Part shown: piece after piece, positions 15,784 through 26,081 of the stretch
Layout of the letters: each line of letters starts with the position of its first letter
Position numbering within the stretch: the first letter of the stretch is position 1
Assembly: GCA_036337435.1 (NCBI GenBank)
Contig: JAYZEG010000001.1
Span: 1-64,000 of the forward strand
From: Myxococcota bacterium
Lineage (GTDB): Bacteria > Myxococcota_A > Bradymonadia > UBA7976 > UBA1532
DNA: 64,000 bases
Direction: 5' to 3'
Notes under the pieces: generated by a model
The model's database searches: none
What the model was told of the DNA's origin: nothing
Seen by the model: only the letters and a program-made list of their open reading frames with translations
Made by a program: the position numbers and the translations under genes

Positions 15784-18561
15784 ATGAGTAGAATATTAGC
15801 TCTCGCTTGTCATGGCATGTGGCTCATGATGCCGTGTGTGGGACAGGCTCAAAATCTACAGAATTTTGAGCCCAAACCAGGGCAAAATGGCATTGTTGTC
15901 TCGTCGAGTTCCAAATCCCTCGATGCAGGTCATATCGTTCCCTCACTCACACTCAGTTTTGGCGACCAACCCGTCGTGTCCAGGGACCCCAATGCACAAG
16001 TTAATCGAGTGTACGTAGACCGACAAACAGGTCTCGACTTGAGCATGCTGTGGGGCGCAATTCCTGGCTTCGAGATCGGGCTGACAATGCCTTTGGGCGA
16101 TGTCCGAGGGCAAATGCTCAGAGAGTCGAATCATGAAGGCCTGGCTGTGGGCGACCTCAGATTAAGTACGAAAGTGAACCTCATCGACGCTGGTCAACGC
16201 GGATTTGGGTTTGCTCTTTTGTTTAATGCGACGGCGCCGACAGGCTCTGTAGACCGCCTCTACGGGAGCCGTGGGGCGACCATCAGCCCCGGTTTGGTGG
16301 GCGACCTGCGTTTGCGAGATATCCACTTGATGGTCAATATTTATGCCCGTTTCAGAACAGAGAAGCAGTCCTTTGAAAACCTCGAAATCGGTCACGAAGC
16401 TGTCTACAGCGGTGGGGCCAAAATCGATTTAGATTGGCCTGGATTAGCTATGGTTGCTGAAATTTTTGGTTCAATGCCACTTCAGCCGAGCCTAGTCGAC
16501 GAATCGAGTTTTCCCGTTGAAGCCTTGTTGGGGCTTCGGTTTGAAGCCCTGGGTGCACACTTTACCATTGGGTCAGGCTTTGGTCTGAATCCAGATCGCG
16601 CAGTGCCAAATCACCGCCTACTCTTCAATATTTCCTATGACCATTGGGAAAAAGACAGCAACCCCGTCAATGCAAGAGAGGCGCAGTCGAAGGCGGCAAA
16701 AACACCCTTGCCTGACACCAGAATCACAGCGGTCCAACAATCCGAGCCCAGCCCCGTTCAAGGCCTGCATTCAAAGTCGACAACGAGACAGAATAAAATC
16801 GTCAAAACACCGGCTCTAGAAAGCTCGTCTATCGATGAGACCATAAAGGAACCCACACTGGCGTCGGAGCGAAAAGAAGACGAACAAGTGGCCTTGGCAC
16901 CGTCCAGAGCAACTCCCGATCCAAAGCCGCATGTTGATCCAACCGACGTCATTGAGGCAGCCTCTCAAAAAGACACCCCCCCGGCACCACTACCTGATTC
17001 AAAATCAGTGAAAACTGATCCAAAGCCGGAGCCCACCGGAGGCCAACGTCTTGAACAGAGTGCCAAGGCGAGACCAGCCTTAGCCAAAGCGAACGACCGT
17101 GGCGACCAGGACAAGAGTATCCAACGGACCGATGAGGTGCCAAATGCCAATATCGATCATTCTGACTCAGATGATGCCCCACCAAATTTGGCCGAAGAGC
17201 AGACCAAAAAGGCCGGTAAAATGCAGTCGGCTGTAGAACAGGCTAATGAAAATAAAGCCGTCGCTGAAGCAACGGAGACCATAACCGAAGACACTGTCGC
17301 TCAAGTTGACATCGATCCGGCTGGTAAACCAGAGGGTGAGCAAACCAATTCGGAGCCTGATGTTGCTGATGATTCAGCGAAATCTAAACCGTCTGTGGCC
17401 GGCGACGATGACCGTGTCGACTCAGCTAAAAGAACAGATGTAGCAAGCAAACCATTGGCGAGTTCGGCTGCTGAAATTACGACGCCGACCGCGGCGGTTA
17501 CTGTGACAAAAACAGCGTCATCAGAGACGAACAAAATAGCCAATGACACGACGAAGCCAACCAAGGAAGCTAAAGATGACTCGCCCGAACAAATTGAAGA
17601 CACATCAGATTTGGATAGCGATGGCGTGCCGGATCACGCCGATGGGTGTAAGAATGATCCAGAAGACAAAGACGGCTTTGAGGATGAGGATGGATGCCCT
17701 GATACGGACAATGATGAGGATGGCGTACCGGATGAAGAGGACCAATGCCCCAATGGAGAGGCTGGTTCATCCGGTCAAATCGGCTGTCAGCCGGTCGTTG
17801 ACACGAGTGTGGAGACTCCACAGATAAACCCCAGCACCGAGTCAGCGGGTCCGCCAAAGCGTGAACCCATCACAGTGAATGATGATGGACTGATTGCGTA
17901 CAAGGGGCAGATTCGGTTTGTCCCAGCGTCTCCGCGGCTGACATCCGCAGGTAAAGCAAAGCTCAAGGCGATTGCGGCCGACATAGATACAATTGCTCCG
18001 ACTCAGGTCATTTGCGTGGAAGCCTACTCATTTGTCATGACAACACCTAAGCAGAACGTACGTATTTCAGGAGAGAGAGCGGCTGCGGTGCGCGATGCCC
18101 TCATTGCCAACGGAATCAATGCCAATCAAATTGTCCATGCGGGCTTAGGCTACGGTGACGTAGAACGCCGGACGCGTGCTGTTGGTGACGGCTTAGTTCA
18201 TTTGCGCATGGTGCCGAAGAACACGGCACCGTATCCCGTCAAAGCTGTTGCTCTGGCCGAAGCCGATAAATTAACCGTCCGTTTCGATTTAGGTCGAGCA
18301 ATTAAAGAGGGAGATGTCGAAGTCAATTTCGACGGGCCCACGGTCATCATGATTAGACTTCGTGGTGCGCAGGTTAAGCGCCAGTGGGTCACGCTCAAAG
18401 ATCCTCTGGTAAAACGAGCCCTACTGCACCCGTCTACCGAAGCCATTCCGGCTGGTATCCTGCGAGTTCGACTCAACAAGCCCGCTCCCTCAGAGCTTTT
18501 AGATAAGGCTTACTTCGAAATGTCAGGTAACTCGGTCAAAATCTCATTTGAACGATGGTAG
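15784..18561 (+). CDS. Outer-membrane protein: beta-barrel, long low-complexity linker, thrombospondin type-3 repeats, OmpA-like domain, AMIN-like C-terminal domain (TraB-like architecture)
   Basis: Signal peptide ending VGQA; barrel-type strands (GDLRLSTK, FNATAPTG, LLFNISY); DxDxDG repeats DLDSDGVPDHADGC...DKDGFEDEDGCPDTDNDEDGVPDEEDQCP; OmpA-like N.RIS.ERA.AVR..L...GI. Start uncertain (15745 or 15784). Confidence 0.7.
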   Translation: MSRILALACHGMWLMMPCVGQAQNLQNFEPKPGQNGIVVSSSSKSLDAGHIVPSLTLSFGDQPVVSRDPNAQVNRVYVDRQTGLDLSMLWGAIPGFEIGLTMPLGDVRGQMLRESNHEGLAVGDLRLSTKVNLIDAGQRGFGFALLFNATAPTGSVDRLYGSRGATISPGLVGDLRLRDIHLMVNIYARFRTEKQSFENLEIGHEAVYSGGAKIDLDWPGLAMVAEIFGSMPLQPSLVDESSFPVEALLGLRFEALGAHFTIGSGFGLNPDRAVPNHRLLFNISYDHWEKDSNPVNAREAQSKAAKTPLPDTRITAVQQSEPSPVQGLHSKSTTRQNKIVKTPALESSSIDETIKEPTLASERKEDEQVALAPSRATPDPKPHVDPTDVIEAASQKDTPPAPLPDSKSVKTDPKPEPTGGQRLEQSAKARPALAKANDRGDQDKSIQRTDEVPNANIDHSDSDDAPPNLAEEQTKKAGKMQSAVEQANENKAVAEATETITEDTVAQVDIDPAGKPEGEQTNSEPDVADDSAKSKPSVAGDDDRVDSAKRTDVASKPLASSAAEITTPTAAVTVTKTASSETNKIANDTTKPTKEAKDDSPEQIEDTSDLDSDGVPDHADGCKNDPEDKDGFEDEDGCPDTDNDEDGVPDEEDQCPNGEAGSSGQIGCQPVVDTSVETPQINPSTESAGPPKREPITVNDDGLIAYKGQIRFVPASPRLTSAGKAKLKAIAADIDTIAPTQVICVEAYSFVMTTPKQNVRISGERAAAVRDALIANGINANQIVHAGLGYGDVERRTRAVGDGLVHLRMVPKNTAPYPVKAVALAEADKLTVRFDLGRAIKEGDVEVNFDGPTVIMIRLRGAQVKRQWVTLKDPLVKRALLHPSTEAIPAGILRVRLNKPAPSELLDKAYFEMSGNSVKISFERW

Positions 18562-18607
18562 CTCAGGACGACAAGCCTGACTTTCGTATACTCTTGGGCA
18601 CCGTCCA

Positions 18608-20725
18608 TCAATAATCCAAAAGTCGATCGACGGCCGACTCAATGTCCGCGACCTGTGGCAGAATCGTGTCCTCAAGTGTCGGGTGGTAGGCGACGAAAGA
18701 GTCGAGCGCCGCCACCCGTTTTACAGGTGCATCTAGCCATTCGAAAAGCTCCTCGCCAATTCGACTTGCGATCTCTGCACCGTAGCCCCAGGCCTTAGTC
18801 TCTTCGTGGACAACCAACGCACGCCCTGTGCGCTTAACCGATTCACTAATCATATCCCAATCATATGGAGATAACGTCCTTAAATCGATGAGATCAAGCT
18901 CACAGTCACGACGCTTTCGGAGGGCACGAATCGCTTGTGTAGACCGATGAACAAGAGCTCCATAGGTAATCAGTGTGAGGTTATCACCGCGCATCACTTT
19001 CTTACCCTTTCCAAAAGGAATCATGAAGTCATCACCGGGATACGGCCCCTTATTGTACGTCTGCCGATAGAGGTGTTTTGGCTCAAGAAAAATCACAGGA
19101 TCATCACAGCGAATGGCCGTTCTCAGAAGACCATTTGCGTCGAGTGCCGTCGATGGCATCACCACCCGCAAACCTGGGATATGGGTGAACAAGGTTTCAG
19201 CACTTTGGCTGTGGTACGGTGCCCCACCCTTTAAATAACCACCACTGGGTACGCGGATTACGACGGGGGCGGGCCAATCGTTGCCACTTCTCCAACGTGC
19301 GGTCGCCAACTCATTTCGAATCTGCTGAAAGGCAGGCCAAATGTAATCCAGAAACTGAATTTCGACGACCGGCTTCAGACCGCGCTCCGCGAGGCCGACC
19401 GCACGACCGACAATGTTTGCCTCAGCCAACGGTGAATTGAAAACGCGATCTGCTCCATGCGCTCGCTGGAGACCTGCGGTGACTTTAAAGACACCGCCTT
19501 TGCCCTTACATTCATCGAGGACTTGCTCCCGACTTGCGTCGGCAACATCCTCACCAAATACAAGGATCCTTGGATCGCGCTCCATTTCATCCATCAAACA
19601 GGCATTAAGAAGGTCAACCATGGTCTTCTGACCAGATGAATCTTCGATGGTTGATTCGGTATCGAATGAATTGGATGTCGGATCGACTGTCCCCGAGTAA
19701 ATGTAGTCGTACACTTCTTCCGGCAGCGGCATAGGGGCTTTTAAGGCCCGGTCCGTCGCCATCTCAATCTCCGCATCGACATCATTGCGAATCTGTTCAA
19801 GCTGTCGCTCCTCCAAAATCCCTGATTCGACCAGCATTTGTCCATGCACGACAATTGGGTCTTTCTGAGCGTCGGCATCCCGCTCTGCCGCTGGACGATA
19901 CATTTTTTCGTCGTCACTCATGGAATGACTGTACGGGCGAATGACCTTCGCATGCACCAAAGCTGGTCCTCGACGCGCCCGACAATATGCGACCGCCTGA
20001 GCCATGGCCTTAAAGCTGGCGACAACGTCACACCCATCGACCTCGAGGATTAATAAGTCTGGATAGTTTTTGACCAGTTCACTTATCGAACCACCGGCCG
20101 TCTGCACTTCAACAGGTGTGCTGATGGCATATCCATTGTCTTCGACAAGGAAAATCGTGGGCAACTTCTTATTGCTGGCTGTATTCAGGGCTTCGAAAAA
20201 CTCGCCTTGGCTGGTCGTTCCCTCACCGGTGGTAATCAGTACAACCTCGTCCCCGTGTCCTGTAACTGATCCCTGAACCTCGGCGACTCTCTCCCTGTAC
20301 CAACTCGCTTCTGCCGCCCCGACGCCTTGGAGAAATTGCGTACCCGTACAACTGGACTTCGAGATGACATTGAGTTTCTTATGTCCCCAATGGCAAGGCA
20401 TTTGTCGACCCTTACTGGTCACATCGGTTTTTGCACCGACGGCCGCCAAAAGATTTTCTTCGGCGGTCATGCCAAGTTGCAACATGAGTGCGCGATCGCG
20501 GTAGTAGGAGATGACGTAGTCGTGTGATGGCTTCAACGCCATACCAGCTGCAGTCAAGATGGCTTCATGTCCCGCACCGCTGATTTGGAAATAGATCCGA
20601 TTCTGTCTTTTGAGCGCAATCTCCTTGTCGTCAAGGCGTCGCGACAGATAGATGTTCCTATACGCAGCGACGAGTTGTTCCTCGCTCAGGGTAACCGGTG
20701 TATCGCTGATGACAGACGCAACCAT
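18608..20725 (-). CDS. 2-oxoacid dehydrogenase E1, fused alpha/beta (branched-chain 2-oxoacid type)
   Basis: [30 protein letters not shown]..(V)EDNGYAIS (TPP-binding), [30 protein letters not shown] at 20725 follows RBS GAGGAGG. Confidence 0.9.
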   Translation of the reverse strand: MVASVISDTPVTLSEEQLVAAYRNIYLSRRLDDKEIALKRQNRIYFQISGAGHEAILTAAGMALKPSHDYVISYYRDRALMLQLGMTAEENLLAAVGAKTDVTSKGRQMPCHWGHKKLNVISKSSCTGTQFLQGVGAAEASWYRERVAEVQGSVTGHGDEVVLITTGEGTTSQGEFFEALNTASNKKLPTIFLVEDNGYAISTPVEVQTAGGSISELVKNYPDLLILEVDGCDVVASFKAMAQAVAYCRARRGPALVHAKVIRPYSHSMSDDEKMYRPAAERDADAQKDPIVVHGQMLVESGILEERQLEQIRNDVDAEIEMATDRALKAPMPLPEEVYDYIYSGTVDPTSNSFDTESTIEDSSGQKTMVDLLNACLMDEMERDPRILVFGEDVADASREQVLDECKGKGGVFKVTAGLQRAHGADRVFNSPLAEANIVGRAVGLAERGLKPVVEIQFLDYIWPAFQQIRNELATARWRSGNDWPAPVVIRVPSGGYLKGGAPYHSQSAETLFTHIPGLRVVMPSTALDANGLLRTAIRCDDPVIFLEPKHLYRQTYNKGPYPGDDFMIPFGKGKKVMRGDNLTLITYGALVHRSTQAIRALRKRRDCELDLIDLRTLSPYDWDMISESVKRTGRALVVHEETKAWGYGAEIASRIGEELFEWLDAPVKRVAALDSFVAYHPTLEDTILPQVADIESAVDRLLDY

Positions 20726-20952
20726 CGTGTTCCTCCTCAATGCACAGCTCTTAAAAACGAACGATCCGCTGCAATGGACTTACCGGAACACAGCGCGATG
20801 TGCAAGCAACCTCCGTTGGCCGATAGGGTGATGCAAAGCCCAGGTATTAGAAATTGGGTAAACGCTCTAAAGTGGATGACGACACTAGACAAGTGCCCTG
20901 TCTAAGGGCAAAACTGGCATTGTTAATAGAGTAGCGGGCCTTGGATCGAATC

Positions 20953-21783
20953 ATGAAACAAAGACGGATACGATTGTGCATGGTGGCCTTTGTTTTGCAC
21001 TCATTCGCTTGTGGTGCCAGCAAGCGAAAGGCAACGGGCCCAGATCCCTGCAAAATGGGTGAACAACACCTGAGGCAAAGAATTGGACCTGAATTTGGCC
21101 GCATAGCGGCCAAAGCAGTCACCGGAATCAAAAGACAATTTAACCACGGTTGTGCGCTTGTCTACACCCGATTGGCGGAAGAATTGCCCGAGGAGATTTC
21201 AGACGACAGCGGCCTGGTGTCGCCCATAGACCACAGGCTGGCATTGATGCTCTTGACTGAAAAAGGCAGTCCAAGATTTATCAAAATCGCCCGAGGTCGA
21301 GGTGCGCCAGGGCCTGTCTCAATGAAGATCGACGCTCGGGATGCCAATGGCGATGGGATTCCTGACTTCGTCGTCCAGGAGCGGGCATCGGTTAAAGGTG
21401 ACACCTTGGACTATCAAAATTTACGCATCATCGATGGAGCCGGAACCAGCGGCCGATTTCTGTTTGATCGGCCCCTTCGGATGAAGACCACAGAAGGCCT
21501 TGAACTCATTGCGCGCTGGTCGCTTACCGAACGGGACCGGGCTCAATATCTACTCATGCAAGGTGGAGGTCAGACCCTCACATTCGTTTTTGACCAAACA
21601 ACGCGGCGATTTCGACAGCTTGAAAACCAAAAAACACCGGCTAAAGCCAGCAGCAAGGCGCAGGGATCAGCCAATAAAACTAAGACGATGAGCGTAGATT
21701 CCGAAACACAAGGACCTAAGATTATGCCCGACAAGAGCAAATCGCCCGCGCCTCAGATGGAGCAATTTCTCATTGAGGATTGA
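20953..21783 (+). CDS. Hypothetical lipoprotein with a DxNGDG.PD (FG-GAP/EF-hand-like Ca-binding) motif
   Basis: Basic N-terminus, hydrophobic stretch, lipobox SFAC; internal DANGDGIPDFVV; low-complexity C-terminal tail. Confidence 0.6.
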   Translation: MKQRRIRLCMVAFVLHSFACGASKRKATGPDPCKMGEQHLRQRIGPEFGRIAAKAVTGIKRQFNHGCALVYTRLAEELPEEISDDSGLVSPIDHRLALMLLTEKGSPRFIKIARGRGAPGPVSMKIDARDANGDGIPDFVVQERASVKGDTLDYQNLRIIDGAGTSGRFLFDRPLRMKTTEGLELIARWSLTERDRAQYLLMQGGGQTLTFVFDQTTRRFRQLENQKTPAKASSKAQGSANKTKTMSVDSETQGPKIMPDKSKSPAPQMEQFLIED

Positions 21784-21801
21784 CAGCTCACCCCAGTAAA
21801 A

Positions 21802-22533
21802 TTAGGTGCGTACATCGCGCCCTTGGCCACCATCAGTGGATGACTGCATTGTCGACCATAGTTCCTGTGCACGAGCCAACTCCCGATGTAACCGTATTTC
21901 TTTTGAACGAATGCGCACAACATGTTTGAGAGTGACAAGTGGGTAACCTGTTTCAGTAAACAAATACAGGTCACCTGAACCAAGGAGGGCGTATTTGGCT
22001 ACATCGGCGGTTTCAACATGAATCCGAAGCCCCGAAACTGGATGGCGTTCATCCATTCCGATCGCGCGATAGCAGACCAACTCCGTTCCAACGATTCGCC
22101 ACGTTTCCATGCGGGATTGCCAATAATCTGCGAAGATGAGTCCCCCGAGAAAAAAAATCCAGGTCCCATAAAATCCAGGAGACATAAAGATGTGAGGCGC
22201 TGCACCTAGGACCATGCCGGACATCCCGTTGAAGACGGTCACGAAAAGAAGCCAGACAACCAAGGTGAGACCCAACAGACCCCACGCGGCTGACCGCGTA
22301 TACCGAATTGCGAGCACCGACAAATTAACAGACGTAACGATGAGGAAGACAATGCCGAGATAACCTGGGTTTTCAGGGCTACGGGCACCGACGGCTGCAA
22401 AGAAACCGAGCATGATGGAGACGATAAGACTTGGGTACATGAAAATAATCGGCGAGTGACGTCTGAGCACAACCGTACCGGATGATGGATAATTCGGTTC
22501 GTCGAAAATAACGTCTATGTCATCGTCAATCAT
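21802..22533 (-). CDS. Hypothetical membrane protein (about 4 TM helices, C-terminal bPH-like beta domain)
   Basis: RBS AGGAAGG; hydrophobic segments; C-terminal LLGSGDLYLFT...TLKHV pattern resembling bacterial PH domains. Confidence 0.55.
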   Translation of the reverse strand: MIDDDIDVIFDEPNYPSSGTVVLRRHSPIIFMYPSLIVSIMLGFFAAVGARSPENPGYLGIVFLIVTSVNLSVLAIRYTRSAAWGLLGLTLVVWLLFVTVFNGMSGMVLGAAPHIFMSPGFYGTWIFFLGGLIFADYWQSRMETWRIVGTELVCYRAIGMDERHPVSGLRIHVETADVAKYALLGSGDLYLFTETGYPLVTLKHVVRIRSKEIRLHRELARAQELWSTMQSSTDGGQGRDVRT

Positions 22534-22589
22534 GCGCCTTCCTAATGACCAAGGACTCCCTGATTACGACACGCATCTATGCGCTTAGC

Positions 22590-23429
22590 CTATGCCTGTA
22601 CCGACTTGCGTGGCCTGCGAAATGCGACAATGGTCAGTACGAGCAAAGTTGATATCATCAGACCGAGTGCGACCAGGACAATGTCCTCATCGAGAACGTA
22701 CTTTTTCTGACCTTTATCGTATTCAAAGAGACCGGCCCAGACCCTTTCTTTCAAACCACCTAACCCCCCGTCTGCAGCCTTAATGAGGCCCAATGTCAAC
22801 TGCACAGGTGGCGTATATGCACCGTGAAAATAGCGTGCAACATGGCCGTCGGTGTCGACTACGATGAGACCAGCGCGATGGAGATATTCCATTTTTCCTT
22901 CATCATAACGATAACCAAAACCGATGGCTTCGGTGACGGCCTTAATGGTGGCGCGCTCGGCGGTTAAAAAATGCCATCCAAATTCTGACCCAGGTCGATT
23001 GAGGGTCTCCATGTAGGAGGCCTTTTTCAACTTTGCAAGCCCATGATCCTCTCTTGGGTCGATACTGAAGGTGACCACCTGATAGCCGTTACCGGGCACC
23101 CACTCCAATTCTTTCAATGTGTCGATCAATCGATTGAGCGTGATATTGCAGAGCAGCGGGCAGGAGTAGTAAACCGGAACCAACAGAAGCGGTTGGCCCT
23201 TATCAAGGTAAGATTTGAGAGTCGTCTCAGAGCCGTCCTCCCGGATAAATTTTAAATCCGATGGCACCGCTACGCCGAGACGTTCAGTAATCTGGATATC
23301 ATCTGGAATTGGCGTCAGGACCGCGGGGGCTTTCTCGGCAAGAACAGCGGTGCCGTACACGACACTCGACACGATTAAGGCCGCCGCAATGGCCATAGCC
23401 CGGATGCGCTGGATTCGGTTGCGGTCCAT
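22590..23429 (-). CDS. SCO1/SenC-family copper chaperone
   Basis: PVYYSCPLLCN (CxxxC), FSIDPRE, WHFLT, distal His (EYLHRAG), C-terminal TM anchor; last gene of the act cluster. Confidence 0.88.
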   Translation of the reverse strand: MDRNRIQRIRAMAIAAALIVSSVVYGTAVLAEKAPAVLTPIPDDIQITERLGVAVPSDLKFIREDGSETTLKSYLDKGQPLLLVPVYYSCPLLCNITLNRLIDTLKELEWVPGNGYQVVTFSIDPREDHGLAKLKKASYMETLNRPGSEFGWHFLTAERATIKAVTEAIGFGYRYDEGKMEYLHRAGLIVVDTDGHVARYFHGAYTPPVQLTLGLIKAADGGLGGLKERVWAGLFEYDKGQKKYVLDEDIVLVALGLMISTLLVLTIVAFRRPRKSVQA

Positions 23430-23450
23430 AATTAACTGGGCTGCGTCAAT

Positions 23451-24653
23451 TTAGAAATTATCGTAGTTCAGTGACGCATGAAGCTGCGGGTCTCGATGGG
23501 CAACGATGGCATCTTTACCAGAGACACGCATAACAGCTGCCAAAAACACGCCGCCGATACCAATGAAACACGCTGCGTCCATCCAAGATGGGTGAAATCC
23601 ATGATGTAGGTTCGGCATGGCCATGTAGTACAGGTCGACGTAGTGCATAAAGATCATCCATGCTGCTACGAGGGCGAACGCATATCGACTTCGCTTCATA
23701 TGGCGGCTGAGTAAGACCCAGAATGGCAGTGCGAAGTGGCCTAGAATGACCAAGATACCAATGCGCTCCCAACCATGGTTCATTCTCACGTAGTACCAAG
23801 CGGTTTCCTCCGCGATGTTCCCGTACCAGATGAGGAAGTATTGGCTGAAGCTCGTATATGTCCAAAAAATGACGAAGCCCCACATGAGCTTTGCACAGTC
23901 ATGGAAATGCCACTCGTTTAACGTATTCTTCAAGGTGCCGTTCTTGGTCAGCCACAACCCAAAGAGACCGAGGGTCGCGAAACCAGAGACCATGCCCCCG
24001 GCGAAGATGATCACGCCGAACATGGTGCTAAACCAGTGTGGGTCGAGACTCATAATCCAGTCAAAACCGGCATAGCTTACGGAGAGCGCGTAGGCCAGAA
24101 TGCTCAGTGGTGCCCACCAGCGCATTTTGAAGGTGTAGGCCACATCCCCTGTCGCATCCTGTTTGACACTGTACTTCCGGTAGAATCGAGCGATAACGAT
24201 CCAAAGGGTGAAGTACAAAACAGTGCGGATGCCGAAAAAGACAGTGTTGAGATAGCCTGATTTCGATTGCAAAATGGAATCTTTGGCAACCGCATCACCA
24301 TGAGTCCAATGGTATAAGTCGTGCATGCCGATAAAGAGCACCGGTAGCATCAACAAAGCCATATAAGGCAGTGCCGATGCGATGTTCTCGGCCAGCCTCC
24401 GAATGGCTGTACTCCACATCGCACCTGTGATGTGGTGGATGAGAACGACGAACAAGCAACCGAGGCTGATTGTTGTAAACGTCATCCCCGCCACGAGCCA
24501 CGAGTAGAAAAATTGCTCTTTGGACTCGGTTGCAAGACCTGCGAATGCGGCCCCTAACCCAATGACCGCGAGCGCCAAGCCCAACTTGAATCCCTTACTG
24601 ACAAGCTTCGGATCCATGTTTGGTTGATCTACGAATTGATTGCCGTGTCCCAT
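23451..24653 (-). CDS. actF: Alternative complex III subunit ActF
   Basis: About 10 TM; LYHW, KSGYLN..FF..R, DWIMSLDPHWFSTMFG, FWTYTSFSQYFLIWYGNIAEET.WY..R; position in the act cluster. Confidence 0.9.
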   Translation of the reverse strand: MGHGNQFVDQPNMDPKLVSKGFKLGLALAVIGLGAAFAGLATESKEQFFYSWLVAGMTFTTISLGCLFVVLIHHITGAMWSTAIRRLAENIASALPYMALLMLPVLFIGMHDLYHWTHGDAVAKDSILQSKSGYLNTVFFGIRTVLYFTLWIVIARFYRKYSVKQDATGDVAYTFKMRWWAPLSILAYALSVSYAGFDWIMSLDPHWFSTMFGVIIFAGGMVSGFATLGLFGLWLTKNGTLKNTLNEWHFHDCAKLMWGFVIFWTYTSFSQYFLIWYGNIAEETAWYYVRMNHGWERIGILVILGHFALPFWVLLSRHMKRSRYAFALVAAWMIFMHYVDLYYMAMPNLHHGFHPSWMDAACFIGIGGVFLAAVMRVSGKDAIVAHRDPQLHASLNYDNF

Positions 24654-24662
24654 CGTGGTCCC

Positions 24663-25541
24663 CTACTTCGTCTCTGCTTTGGCGGGTGCCGGTGCTGCTT
24701 GTTGTGCCGGCGCGACCTTGGCCGGTGCTGACCCTTTGTCAACTGTCTTGGGCGTCTCAACTGCTTGGCCCGCCGGGCTCCCAGCCGCAGTGTTATTGGC
24801 GGCGTCGCCCATGCTGGTGCCGTCAGCGGCAGGCACGCCAATGCCTTCAGTCCCCGTCGGGATTGCCTCAACGGGAGGTGCCGGCTTTGGCTTTACGTAC
24901 ATCGACGCGCTGGCATCCTGACTTCGCTGGAGTGCTCGAATGTAGGCGACGATAGCCCATCTGTCATTCACGTCTGTGATTTGGTGCCGGTACCCATACA
25001 TCGCCCCACTCTTCGAGCCGTAGGCAATGGTGTGATAGATCTCCCCGACTGGCATTTTACCCAAACGTGTGGAGTGAAACGTCGGTGGTTTAATCGCCTG
25101 AACTCCCTCGAGGTCCATGGACCGGAGTGCCACCTTTCCGCCGCCAAAGCCGTCTTTAGCATGGCATGGCGCGCAGTAGATGTTGTACCGATCTCGACCC
25201 CGCTTCATCGTCTCCAATGTAAGCGAAATCGGCAGTTTCTCGATGTAAGTGACATTGTCTTTACTGGCGCAATCACTGGAATCGTCTTTGCCACAATGCA
25301 ATTTCGTGTCGGCCCGCAACTGGCCTCGAGCAACGGTGCCCTGAGGGGGTTTGCGCATCGAACGACCGTCGGTGAAGAAAGTGCTCTTTCTGTAGGGCTT
25401 GTACTTATCCTGGACGTCCATATTTGGATTCAAATGGACCGGCGGCTCACGGGACGTGTCTCCACGACAGCCCGACAGACCTACGGCCAAACTCAGTAGA
25501 CCCATCAGGCCTATAAAGGAAATTCCTGGTCGCTTAAACAC
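24663..25541 (-). CDS. actE: Alternative complex III monohaem cytochrome c lipoprotein ActE, with a Pro/Ala-rich C-terminal extension
   Basis: Lipobox LSGC; NMDVQDKYKP..S.FF.DGRSMR.PP.GTVARG; single CAPCH; DRWAIVAYIRALQ.SQ. Confidence 0.9.
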   Translation of the reverse strand: MFKRPGISFIGLMGLLSLAVGLSGCRGDTSREPPVHLNPNMDVQDKYKPYRKSTFFTDGRSMRKPPQGTVARGQLRADTKLHCGKDDSSDCASKDNVTYIEKLPISLTLETMKRGRDRYNIYCAPCHAKDGFGGGKVALRSMDLEGVQAIKPPTFHSTRLGKMPVGEIYHTIAYGSKSGAMYGYRHQITDVNDRWAIVAYIRALQRSQDASASMYVKPKPAPPVEAIPTGTEGIGVPAADGTSMGDAANNTAAGSPAGQAVETPKTVDKGSAPAKVAPAQQAAPAPAKAETK

Positions 25542-25544
25542 CGT

Positions 25545-26081
25545 TTATTCCTCCACCAAAGCGACGTTTGTTCCGCCAGCTTGTTCCAGAGCGGCTTGTA
25601 CAGCCAGGGCGTCAAACTTCGGGTCGTCCGATTCAATGCTAATAAAAAATTTGTCGTCCGTGACCCGCCGAAAGGGGGCATATCCATCGAGAGGATGGTG
25701 TGGACGAGGCAAACCGTTCAAGATCATCATGCCCGCGAGCGTACCGAACGCGGATAATAGAACCGTGAGCTCAAACATAATGGGAACCGAGGATTCGACG
25801 GCGAACAAAGGTTTACCGCCGATGACCACGGGATAGTCCACAGAACCAGTCCACCACTGCAGCCAAGTGGCGAGCGTAAATCCACACAAGCCACCGACAA
25901 GAGTGATCCACGGCACTTTCGAGCCGCCCAAGCCCAAGACTTTCTCCATGCCATGGATAGGAAACGGTGAATAGGCTTCAATCTTTTTGTAGCCCGCACC
26001 GCGGATCGTCTCAACGCCGTGAACGAGCTCAGCCGGGTTCTCAAATTGGGCAACTGCGCCCCAAATCTTTGTCTTAGCCAT
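25545..26081 (-). CDS. actD: Alternative complex III subunit ActD (DUF3341)
   Basis: [39 protein letters not shown] at 26081 overlaps the actC stop. Confidence 0.9.
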   Translation of the reverse strand: MAKTKIWGAVAQFENPAELVHGVETIRGAGYKKIEAYSPFPIHGMEKVLGLGGSKVPWITLVGGLCGFTLATWLQWWTGSVDYPVVIGGKPLFAVESSVPIMFELTVLLSAFGTLAGMMILNGLPRPHHPLDGYAPFRRVTDDKFFISIESDDPKFDALAVQAALEQAGGTNVALVEE

